From a bacterium (GTDB taxonomy: Bacteria; Hinthialibacterota; Hinthialibacteria; Hinthialibacterales; Hinthialibacteraceae), in assembly GCA_963662285.2 (NCBI GenBank), contig CAXXMV010000008.1, positions 1,440,001 to 1,504,000 of the forward strand: a DNA stretch of 64,000 nucleotides, given 5' to 3'. The notes beneath the pieces are model-generated. The model searched no databases. It saw only the letters and a program-made list of their open reading frames with translations, and had not been told where the DNA came from. Shown piece after piece: positions 19,158 to 26,783 of the stretch (positions are counted from its first letter, which is position 1; each line of letters begins with the position of its first letter). Both the position numbers and the translations under genes were made by a program.

Positions 19158-19573
19158 ATTAGATATAAACCGTTGTTTCGCTTTGTTTTAACCTACTCAC
19201 AACGGATGTTTTTAGTGTGGCCGGTTAGGGTACACAGGGATCGGCCATAGATTTTGCTACTGCCGTCTACCCATAAGAACAGCAAAACTGCAATCCTTCA
19301 CAATAAACGGTTGATAAATGGCCGCAATAAATCCCGAATCTATATTTACCTGGGAACCATATAATGGTGTAATTCTTTCGCCAAAAGTCAATCAGACTAA
19401 AAAGAGAGTTTCTTGCACTCGCCCACTGAGAGACTGCGAATTGTTGCTCAAAAAAATAACAGTTGTTGAAACAAAAGCAATTCCGGGAAAAACTAAAAGA
19501 CAGACCCATTGCGATGAACCCCTAACCGGCGTGATCCATCCATGGATCTAACTTGCCTTCCCTGGCATGACAT
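19121..19573 (-). ncRNA. Candidate large structured non-coding RNA (~450 nt) of unrecognised class
   Basis: Bounded by a sigma-28 promoter and a terminator; 11-bp long-range helix 19220-19230/19520-19530; nested helices; two ANGGAN hairpins at the 5' end; no credible ORF. Confidence 0.6.
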
Positions 19574-19580
19574 AATTAAA

Positions 19581-19606
19581 TATCGGCTAAAAATGAAAAA
19601 TCTTGA
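19581..19606 (-). promoter_or_regulatory. Sigma-28 (FliA/SigD) promoter
   Basis: Minus strand reads TCAAG-N14-GCCGATA. Confidence 0.72.
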
Positions 19607-19760
19607 TACATAAAAAGTCTAAATCATAAAGCAATTAGAACTTTCCGGTCTTTCGATTGTATTATTATGACTAAGTAGATTATGTATCAATCTGGATATC
19701 CAGTATTTAAAGGATGATCAGGATTTATCATTGGGCAACCTCGGTGGAAGGATCGTTATC

Positions 19761-19788
19761 GGGAAACCACAAGGGAATTGCACCCTAC
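19761..19788 (-). repeat. GTAG-type REP-like sequence (degenerate)
   Basis: Minus strand GTAGGGTGCAATTCCCTTGTGGTTTCCC. Confidence 0.45.
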
Positions 19789-19869
19789 TATTGGTTTGTA
19801 TATTTTTTTGCTAGTATTTATCAATGGATTTTATTTGAGAGTCGAAATAATTAAAAAGGTGAAATTAAA

Positions 19870-21153
19870 ATGAGAAAATGGATTGTTGCGATTGTTTATA
19901 TCTCGATTCTTCTTGGCTTCACGCCCGGCGTGTTCTGCGATGGCATCAAAGCCGGTTTTGCAAAGACAGAGATCACACCTCCTATAGGAGGCAATACGAC
20001 TGGATACTCCTCTGCAAAACCTACAGATGGGGTTCATGATCCTCTCTTCGCCAAAGTTTTGATTCTTCAATCAAGCGGAACAGTTATGGCGATTGTTTCT
20101 TGGGATTCATGCATCTTCAATTCGCCTTGGCTGCATGATCAAATGGCTGATTTGGGCATTGATCACTTGCTGCTTCTTAACACCCATACTCACGCAGGCG
20201 CCAACCTGAATCAAATGGATTTCCCATCAACCGAAAATCCCTGGCGCAAAACCGTGGAGCAACGCACTTTGGAAGCCATCAAAGAAGCCCAGTCTAATAT
20301 GTTTTCCGCTTTTTTCTCGGCTGAAAACGGTGCTATTCAACTGGGATATAACAGGCTGGTACGTCAACCGGAAGGACATTCTCTCACGCAGTTCGAGAAT
20401 CCAGACCGGATTCCTGTTGGTCCGGTTGATCCAACGGTTGGAGTGATCCGCATTACCGATGACGCAGGCAAGAATAAAGTTGTACTGGTTTGCTATGCAT
20501 GTCACCCGGTTGTTTTGGGTCCTAAAAACCGCAAAATCTCTGCTGATTATCCAGGCGTTATGTGCCGGGAAGTTGAAAAAGAATTGGGCGACGGCGTTCA
20601 ATGCATCTTCATCCAAGGCGGCGCGGGAGATATTAATCCGCTGATCTTAGCCCGAACCGGCGATGCTGAATTGGATTTTCCACTGGTGGAACGGATGGGA
20701 ACGCTACTCAGTGAAGAAGTTATAAAAACTTTCAAAAGAATGGAAGATGTTGAAGGAAAATCGGAATGTTTCTCTTATAAATCTAAAACACTTGAAACAA
20801 CCAATCGCTGGGAGCCTGAAAGCAAAATGCCTATCAGCGTAACCTCTGTGTTAATTAATCAGGAAATTGGAATAGTGACAATGCCCGGAGAACCGTTTCA
20901 TAAGTTCCAGGTTGATCTGCGCAATAAGTCAACCCTACCTCATACCTATTTCTTCGGGTATTGCTGCGACTCACCTCATGATTGGGCGCGTTACATTCCC
21001 GATCTTGAATCGGCGGCGCGCAGCGGGTATGGCGCAAGCGATACTACAATAGTTGAAGTTGGAACGGGAGAACGTCTGATAAATCAAGGTTTGGTCATGC
21101 TCTATGAAATGCGGGGTAAATTGATTGATAAACCGCAAAGGGTTGTTAAATAA
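19870..21153 (+). CDS. Neutral/alkaline ceramidase-like hydrolase
   Basis: AGFAKTEITP, HDPLFAK, THTHAG, YACHP, ISADYPG, QGGAGDINP, PGEPF; signal peptide. Confidence 0.85.
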   Translation: MRKWIVAIVYISILLGFTPGVFCDGIKAGFAKTEITPPIGGNTTGYSSAKPTDGVHDPLFAKVLILQSSGTVMAIVSWDSCIFNSPWLHDQMADLGIDHLLLLNTHTHAGANLNQMDFPSTENPWRKTVEQRTLEAIKEAQSNMFSAFFSAENGAIQLGYNRLVRQPEGHSLTQFENPDRIPVGPVDPTVGVIRITDDAGKNKVVLVCYACHPVVLGPKNRKISADYPGVMCREVEKELGDGVQCIFIQGGAGDINPLILARTGDAELDFPLVERMGTLLSEEVIKTFKRMEDVEGKSECFSYKSKTLETTNRWEPESKMPISVTSVLINQEIGIVTMPGEPFHKFQVDLRNKSTLPHTYFFGYCCDSPHDWARYIPDLESAARSGYGASDTTIVEVGTGERLINQGLVMLYEMRGKLIDKPQRVVK

Positions 21154-21201
21154 AAACAAAGCACCATCAGTGAAGTGATTGGTGTGTTTGGGGTGGATTT
21201 T

Positions 21202-21231
21202 TGGTGGGTCGATGAAGCTGACCCACCCTAC
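21202..21231 (-). repeat. GTAG-type REP
   Basis: Minus strand GTAGGGTGGGTCAGCTTCATCGACCCACCA; related to 50658-50692. Confidence 0.65.
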
Positions 21232-21281
21232 GCGAAAGTGGATTTTCATCGGCAAGCCGCAAAGGCTATTCAATAACATAC

Positions 21282-21319
21282 AAAATCCCCATTGTTTCAG
21301 GTGAAACAATGGGGGTTTT
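21282..21319. terminator. Bidirectional terminator between convergent genes
   Basis: AAAATCCCCATTGTTTCA-GG-TGAAACAATGGGGGTTTT. Confidence 0.75.
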
Positions 21320-21380
21320 AGCGTCATAATTTATTAATATGTAATACATATTTAATCTGTATTACATATATTAAACTGTA

Positions 21381-23234
21381 TTACTCCTGTGTTTTATCAA
21401 TCAGTAATATATTAATGGGCGCCATGGGATCCGATGGTGGATTGGTGTGGCAGGTTTTGCATTGATCCAGATCAGCATGATGGCCGTTGGTTTTATGTTC
21501 GGTGTGGCAAGGGATGCACAAAGCATGCATGGCTTCGAAATAACTACGGGCGGCATAGTTGTTCTCTTTGGAATTTTCAATATTTTTGAATAATTCTTGA
21601 TGGCATGTGGTGCATCTTTTTACCGTTACTTTTGATTTTGATTGATCAGCCGGATGACATTGAACGCAGGATTTATTGCCCTTCATCTTTTCTACATGAG
21701 ATTCATGATTAAAAATAGAAGTAGTATTATACATGTCGCTATGACATGACGAGCATGAACTGACGCCATCTTTAGGAAGGTTGGCGTGATGACACTTGAT
21801 GCAGCCTTCTTTGGCGCCAAGCATATCAGATAATCTTTTGGCATGATCCTTATGATCAAACCTGACGAATTCGTTGGAGCGGTTGCCATCAATGGTGAGG
21901 ATATCCAATCCGCGAGCTTCTTGTACGGGAGCATCCAAAGCGCGATAACCGGAGAACGCCGTTCCCGGTAATAGAGCAGCAGTTATGCCTACCACGAGTA
22001 TGCTGATGGTAGAAAATACCAGGACATTCTTTCTGAAACTATCTCCCAGATATACATTGGATACAGCATCAAAGACTGGCGCAGAGTATTTGATTTTATC
22101 CTGAGCCGCTTCTGCATGATCTTCATCAATAAACAGCTTGAAATTTTCTGCGCAGAAGATGTAAACCAAAGCGGCGCCGCTTACCAGTGAGGCGCTGATC
22201 ATGATCTCTATCCACGTCGGAAAATAAACTGATCCAGGTAATTTTTGTATAGCAATAAGACCTACGTCGAAGCGGTATAACACCATACCGAAAACAACCA
22301 TGATGGAACATGCCAGCAGAACATCCGACCTGGCCCGCAGTGAAGCGAATGAAAGCAGGATTGCGGGAATCAAGGCGCTGACCATGATTTCAAAGGTAAA
22401 GAGCATGCTTTGCCAGGAAGGATCGAAAAGCAATCCTATTTGACCGCGGACAGTGAGATCAATCAAACGCAAAGCAACGTAAAGGAATAAGACAATAGAC
22501 GCTGCTTTACCTAATCCAGCCAGTAGGTGTTGTTTGGGTTTATGATTAAAGAGCCATGTGGAGAAGAATGATTCCAAGGTCACCATCATCAAACCAAGGC
22601 CAATGGCGGTTACAAAGAACAATAACGGCAGCAAAGGCGAATACCAGAGCGCATGTAACCGATGAGGCATAATAAGGAATAATGAACCGAGAGAAGATTG
22701 ATGCAGAGTCGAGAGAACGATACCCGCGATAACCAGGGGTATGGTAGCCCATTTGAGCATACGGTGGATGGTTTGCAGCAAGGGATGTTGCAGCCATTTA
22801 TGCTCGAAAACCACTGGAGCGAACTCCAGCGCCAGTACGGTTAAGTAAAGCATCACGCACCAGGCCACTTCAAACAACACGGAATGGTGCTGCCAGTAAA
22901 TCATGGCATGCCAGATGCGCCAGGGGATGCCCAGATCGAACATCAGCCCGATGCCTACAGCGTTATAACCCAAAAACGCCGTTAATACCGCAGGTCGCAC
23001 AATGGGCTTGTATTTATCCAGGTGGAAGATATAAACCGTGGCGGCGATGACAAATCCACCGGCGGCCAGAGCAACGCCTCCCATTACATCGAAGACAATC
23101 CATAAGCCCCAGGGAACGTCATCGCTTAAATCGGTCACTACTCCCAATCCCGAAATAAAACGGGTGATAGCGAGGACGATGCCAACCGAAACCAATGCCC
23201 AAAGAATGGATTTAACTGTATTGAGTCTATTCAT
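21381..23234 (-). CDS. NrfD/PsrC-family (HybB/HmcC-like) membrane subunit fused to a class III multiheme cytochrome c
   Basis: PWGLWI.FDV.GGVALAAGGF, SVLFEVAWC, LSTLHQSSLGSL; C-terminus has 6 CxxCH motifs plus FDHKDH and FNHESH. Confidence 0.9.
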   Translation of the reverse strand: MNRLNTVKSILWALVSVGIVLAITRFISGLGVVTDLSDDVPWGLWIVFDVMGGVALAAGGFVIAATVYIFHLDKYKPIVRPAVLTAFLGYNAVGIGLMFDLGIPWRIWHAMIYWQHHSVLFEVAWCVMLYLTVLALEFAPVVFEHKWLQHPLLQTIHRMLKWATIPLVIAGIVLSTLHQSSLGSLFLIMPHRLHALWYSPLLPLLFFVTAIGLGLMMVTLESFFSTWLFNHKPKQHLLAGLGKAASIVLFLYVALRLIDLTVRGQIGLLFDPSWQSMLFTFEIMVSALIPAILLSFASLRARSDVLLACSIMVVFGMVLYRFDVGLIAIQKLPGSVYFPTWIEIMISASLVSGAALVYIFCAENFKLFIDEDHAEAAQDKIKYSAPVFDAVSNVYLGDSFRKNVLVFSTISILVVGITAALLPGTAFSGYRALDAPVQEARGLDILTIDGNRSNEFVRFDHKDHAKRLSDMLGAKEGCIKCHHANLPKDGVSSCSSCHSDMYNTTSIFNHESHVEKMKGNKSCVQCHPADQSKSKVTVKRCTTCHQELFKNIENSKENNYAARSYFEAMHALCIPCHTEHKTNGHHADLDQCKTCHTNPPSDPMAPINILLIDKTQE

Positions 23235-24021
23235 TATCAGTCTCTTTTAACTCAGTCTCTTTCAACTCAGACTCTTCACCATTGGCGAGTTTCATCCGCC
23301 GTTCAATTATCCAATAAGTTCCGGCCATAACGCCAGCCATGCCAAGAGCGACGGGAGGAACTTTACTCAATGCCGCCCAGGTCAGATCAGGCAACGGTTT
23401 GTCGCCTATGTCCGGCTTCCAGGCCAGGAATTCCAAAGGAACATTGGAGATGTAGAGAACAGATGTTCCTCCAACCTCTTTTTCACCGAAAACTTTATTG
23501 ATATAGCCATCAGGATTATCAGCAATCCGTTGTTTGGCGATTTTAAGCAATTCATCGCGGTCGCCAAAGATAGTCGCCTGCTGTCTACATTCACTGGTAC
23601 AGGCAGGCGAGCCGTCATCTTTGATTTGTTCATAACATAAAGTGCATTTTTGGATATAGGGAACGGGAGATTTCCACTCATAGCGTGGGATGCCGAAGGG
23701 ACAGGCCATCATGCAATAGCGGCATCCGATGCATTTTTTCTTATCATAAATCACAGCGCCTTCGGGCGTTGTTTGCAGCGCTCCAACGATGCAGGCCGAA
23801 GCGCAGGCCGGTTTAAGGCAATGACGGCATTGCTTGCGGACAAAACTGGTCTGGTCATCTTTTTTAATATGCAAGACGCTGGTATATCGCTCGCCGGAAA
23901 GACCATCGCGGGAACGGTAATCTTTTTGGGGGATCGCCGGTAAGCCATTCCGTTTAGAGCATGCTTTAACGCAGTCGCCGCACCCGATACATTTTGTAAC
24001 GTCGGTCAGGATGCCTTTCAT
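23227..24021 (-). CDS. 4Fe-4S dicluster electron-transfer protein (HybA/HmcB-like)
   Basis: CIGCGDCVKAC, CRHCLKPACASAC, CIGCRYCMMACP, KCTLC; C-terminal TM; ATGA overlap with upstream stop at 24018-24021. Confidence 0.92.
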   Translation of the reverse strand: MKGILTDVTKCIGCGDCVKACSKRNGLPAIPQKDYRSRDGLSGERYTSVLHIKKDDQTSFVRKQCRHCLKPACASACIVGALQTTPEGAVIYDKKKCIGCRYCMMACPFGIPRYEWKSPVPYIQKCTLCYEQIKDDGSPACTSECRQQATIFGDRDELLKIAKQRIADNPDGYINKVFGEKEVGGTSVLYISNVPLEFLAWKPDIGDKPLPDLTWAALSKVPPVALGMAGVMAGTYWIIERRMKLANGEESELKETELKETDNE

Positions 24022-24719
24022 ATCGGTTTCACCTCGCCGTGAACCTGGATTTCCACATCGCGTCCTGCTTCCGGCGGGAATTTCCATGCCAGTTCAGAGG
24101 TAACGCGAATAAAGGGATAGAGGATGCAATGAGTTATTTTGCTGAAGGGCGCCAGAATCATTAGAATATTACCCGCCATTGAATGAAAGAACATAGTGGT
24201 TGCATAAGGGACGGGATTATATGGCCTGGACGCGATATAGCCTGTTGTGAAAATCATTAATAAAAGAATTAACAAGAAGTAATCCATGAAACCGCTGATC
24301 TGGCGGGTAGTGCGGGTGAAGATGCGCAATACCAGCAGAATCGCTCCCGATGCTAAAGCGGCTAATGTTATAATATCAGCGATGGATTTCGGTAACGCGG
24401 GCCACCCGAATCCAATTCCCGACCTCCAGAGATTTATATGGTCCATAAGAAATAATGGAACAATAATCAATCCGACATGGAAGATAAATGACGAATAACT
24501 GGTTAATGGCAGGTTACGGTGCAGTCGATGTATGGGAAACATCCATGATATAACTCTTAAAATCATTTTTCCATAAGCATTATCACGATCCCGCGCACGG
24601 TAGATCATCTGGATAATGCCCCAGACGGCAAAGACGATATGCTGTAAAAATCCCAGAACCATAATTATGAAACAGAGCCTGAAGATCGGTCCTTGTGCGT
24701 ATGCCAATATTTCCTGCAT
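24018..24719 (-). CDS. NarI-family membrane cytochrome b (HmcE/TmcC-like)
   Basis: About 5 TM helices; FHVGLIIVPLF..DH, FFHS and PFSKITH histidines. Confidence 0.85.
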   Translation of the reverse strand: MQEILAYAQGPIFRLCFIIMVLGFLQHIVFAVWGIIQMIYRARDRDNAYGKMILRVISWMFPIHRLHRNLPLTSYSSFIFHVGLIIVPLFLMDHINLWRSGIGFGWPALPKSIADIITLAALASGAILLVLRIFTRTTRQISGFMDYFLLILLLMIFTTGYIASRPYNPVPYATTMFFHSMAGNILMILAPFSKITHCILYPFIRVTSELAWKFPPEAGRDVEIQVHGEVKPI

Positions 24720-24788
24720 ATTGCATGCTCCTTTTTGTCAGAAAAAACGTACAGAATTGCGTTGCTTAGGGGTATAACGAATTATATA

Positions 24789-26201
24789 TTAATCAGTTTT
24801 TTCATTTTCAGGAAAACGTATAGCGCGAAGAATGAGGTCGTGCAATCCAACGACTTTTGCGGGGATTTTGTAGTATTCGATGATTTCCTTAAGTTGTTTT
24901 TTACAATTGGCGCAAGGGGCAATTACCAGTTCGGCGCCTGTAGCTATTATTTGATCCGCTTTAATTTTGCCGGTGACTTTCATACGGTAATCGTATACCT
25001 CATCAACCGAAACGGTCCCGCCGCCGCCGCCGCAGCAGTAATTTTCAGCGCCATGCGGAGTCATTTCGACGAAATTTTTAATAAATGAATTAATAATCTC
25101 TCTGGGTTGATCGACGATCCAGCCGGAACGGGCCATGTTGCATGGATCATGATATGTAACGGTCTCGGTAATAGCATCGGGATCAAGTTTAATCTTGCCA
25201 TCATGGATAGCGTTCATGGTGTATTCCATAATGCTGATAACCGGGATTTCTTCGCCTGTGTTAAAGGTGTTAACGAAGGCTTTGGAGGAGCGTGAAGCAT
25301 GGCCGCATTCACCCGTCAGAATCTTTTTACCTTTTAAGCGCCGCACTTCTGATATTTCTTTGTCGATGATGCGCCCCAGGATTGAATCGTTATAAAACAA
25401 ACCGTAATTGATGCCATCGAAATACTTGGTTCCGATGGTCCAGTTATCCTGGTCGCCGGCGGCGTAAAGCACCGCCGCATTTCCCATGAGCGTGTCCGGC
25501 TCAAGCAGGTAATCGCTGACTGCCGGGAAGAAGACATATTCGCGGTCTTCCTGATCAATGGGGAATTTGATTGTTTTGCCGGTTAATTCTTCCAATTCCT
25601 CTTCGAGGAATTCACAAGTATCAATCATGGCTGGAGCGGGTATAGCTGAGGTATTAGCTGATTTGCCCTCCAGTTGTTCACGGACGCTGACCAGAAGCGC
25701 TTTGGGAACGATGCCCATCTCGCTGAGAATATTACGCGCCAAGCGCATAATCAAAGCATGATCGACTCCCATGGGACATTCGAGGCTGCAACGACGACAG
25801 CCTGTGCAGTCATAAAAAGTGTCCAACATTTGATCAATAGTATCATCCTGCAAACCGGGGTCGCCCAGCATCCTACCGCGCAGCCAGCCACCGAGAGTGA
25901 AGTGTCTACGGTAAATATCGAGTAATATACGGGAACGTGCGCAGGGGACATCTTCGGGATCACCGGAAGCCTGATATATCTGACAGGTTCCAGCGCACCG
26001 GGCGCATTTGGTGGTAGCTTTGGAATAAATATCAATTAATGGCCCATAGTTGCTATGCCGTAAGATGGCTGCGAAAATTTCCAGGAATCGTTTTACCCGG
26101 CCATCCTCTAGAGGCGATTCAATATAATAGGGATATTTCTTGGGTTCTTTTTCAGGCGCCGCTTGCTTTTCTTGATCAAGTGATTCGACTTTAGAAGCCA
26201 T
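24789..26201 (-). CDS. Fe-S oxidoreductase with CCG domain (HmcF/TmcB/DsrK/HdrD family)
   Basis: CARCAGTC, CTGCRRCSLECP, GECGH, TYHDPC, CCGGGGG, APCANC. Confidence 0.9.
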   Translation of the reverse strand: MASKVESLDQEKQAAPEKEPKKYPYYIESPLEDGRVKRFLEIFAAILRHSNYGPLIDIYSKATTKCARCAGTCQIYQASGDPEDVPCARSRILLDIYRRHFTLGGWLRGRMLGDPGLQDDTIDQMLDTFYDCTGCRRCSLECPMGVDHALIMRLARNILSEMGIVPKALLVSVREQLEGKSANTSAIPAPAMIDTCEFLEEELEELTGKTIKFPIDQEDREYVFFPAVSDYLLEPDTLMGNAAVLYAAGDQDNWTIGTKYFDGINYGLFYNDSILGRIIDKEISEVRRLKGKKILTGECGHASRSSKAFVNTFNTGEEIPVISIMEYTMNAIHDGKIKLDPDAITETVTYHDPCNMARSGWIVDQPREIINSFIKNFVEMTPHGAENYCCGGGGGTVSVDEVYDYRMKVTGKIKADQIIATGAELVIAPCANCKKQLKEIIEYYKIPAKVVGLHDLILRAIRFPENEKTD

Positions 26202-26783
26202 GGATCACTCCTTCATATTGACTAGGTTCACTGAAAACAGGACAATAGTCCTATTCGTTTAAGTGGGTTATTAGCGTACTGTAATTGGAGTTTAGCCCCC
26301 AACCTGGATTTATTAAGGTATTGCAGAATACAATACTACGAATATTGGAAGATAATACAAGTATAGGCTCAGCTTGTGTTGATCATCCATAAGACTCTGT
26401 TTATACCTCTGTGAGACGTTCTCCAGAGTTGCGCAATTCCACTTCACCAGATTGAATAATTTCCCATAGTTAATCGATTCTGTCAAGTATACGTGAAACT
26501 TTACAATGATTGCAGGCGTTTGATTACACGCTGATTATTACTTTCGGTTTAAAGAAGATTACTAGCGTATCACCTGAATTTAGAATGGTTTGCATAATGA
26601 AGTTCATATTGGCAATTTGAAAAACTTGCATTGATTTATGATAATACGAAAATAATTTTGACTACTACTTTAATTGTTGTCATGGAAGTAACTGGATAAA
26701 ATCGGTATTATTGATTTCTTGAATTGCGTAATGACGATATTCTGACGACAAAGAAGAAAACAAAATTAAAAGTGAGAGAAAAA

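Noticed and set aside
19267-19551. ORFs 19267-19509 (-) and 19318-19551 (+) as protein genes
   Set aside because: Atypical composition and no recognisable motif; better explained as chance ORFs in a structured RNA
19121-19573. Identification as RNase P RNA, tmRNA, SRP, 6S, T-box, c-di-GMP riboswitch, intron or retron RNA
   Set aside because: No GAGGAAAGUCC, no tRNA-like TPsiC/CCA end, no SRP loop, no GEMM or T-box motif, too long and branched for 6S, and no reverse transcriptase nearby
23237-23276. 15-bp tandem repeat (ELKET twice)
   Set aside because: Short slippage repeat in a disordered C-terminal tail; frame preserved
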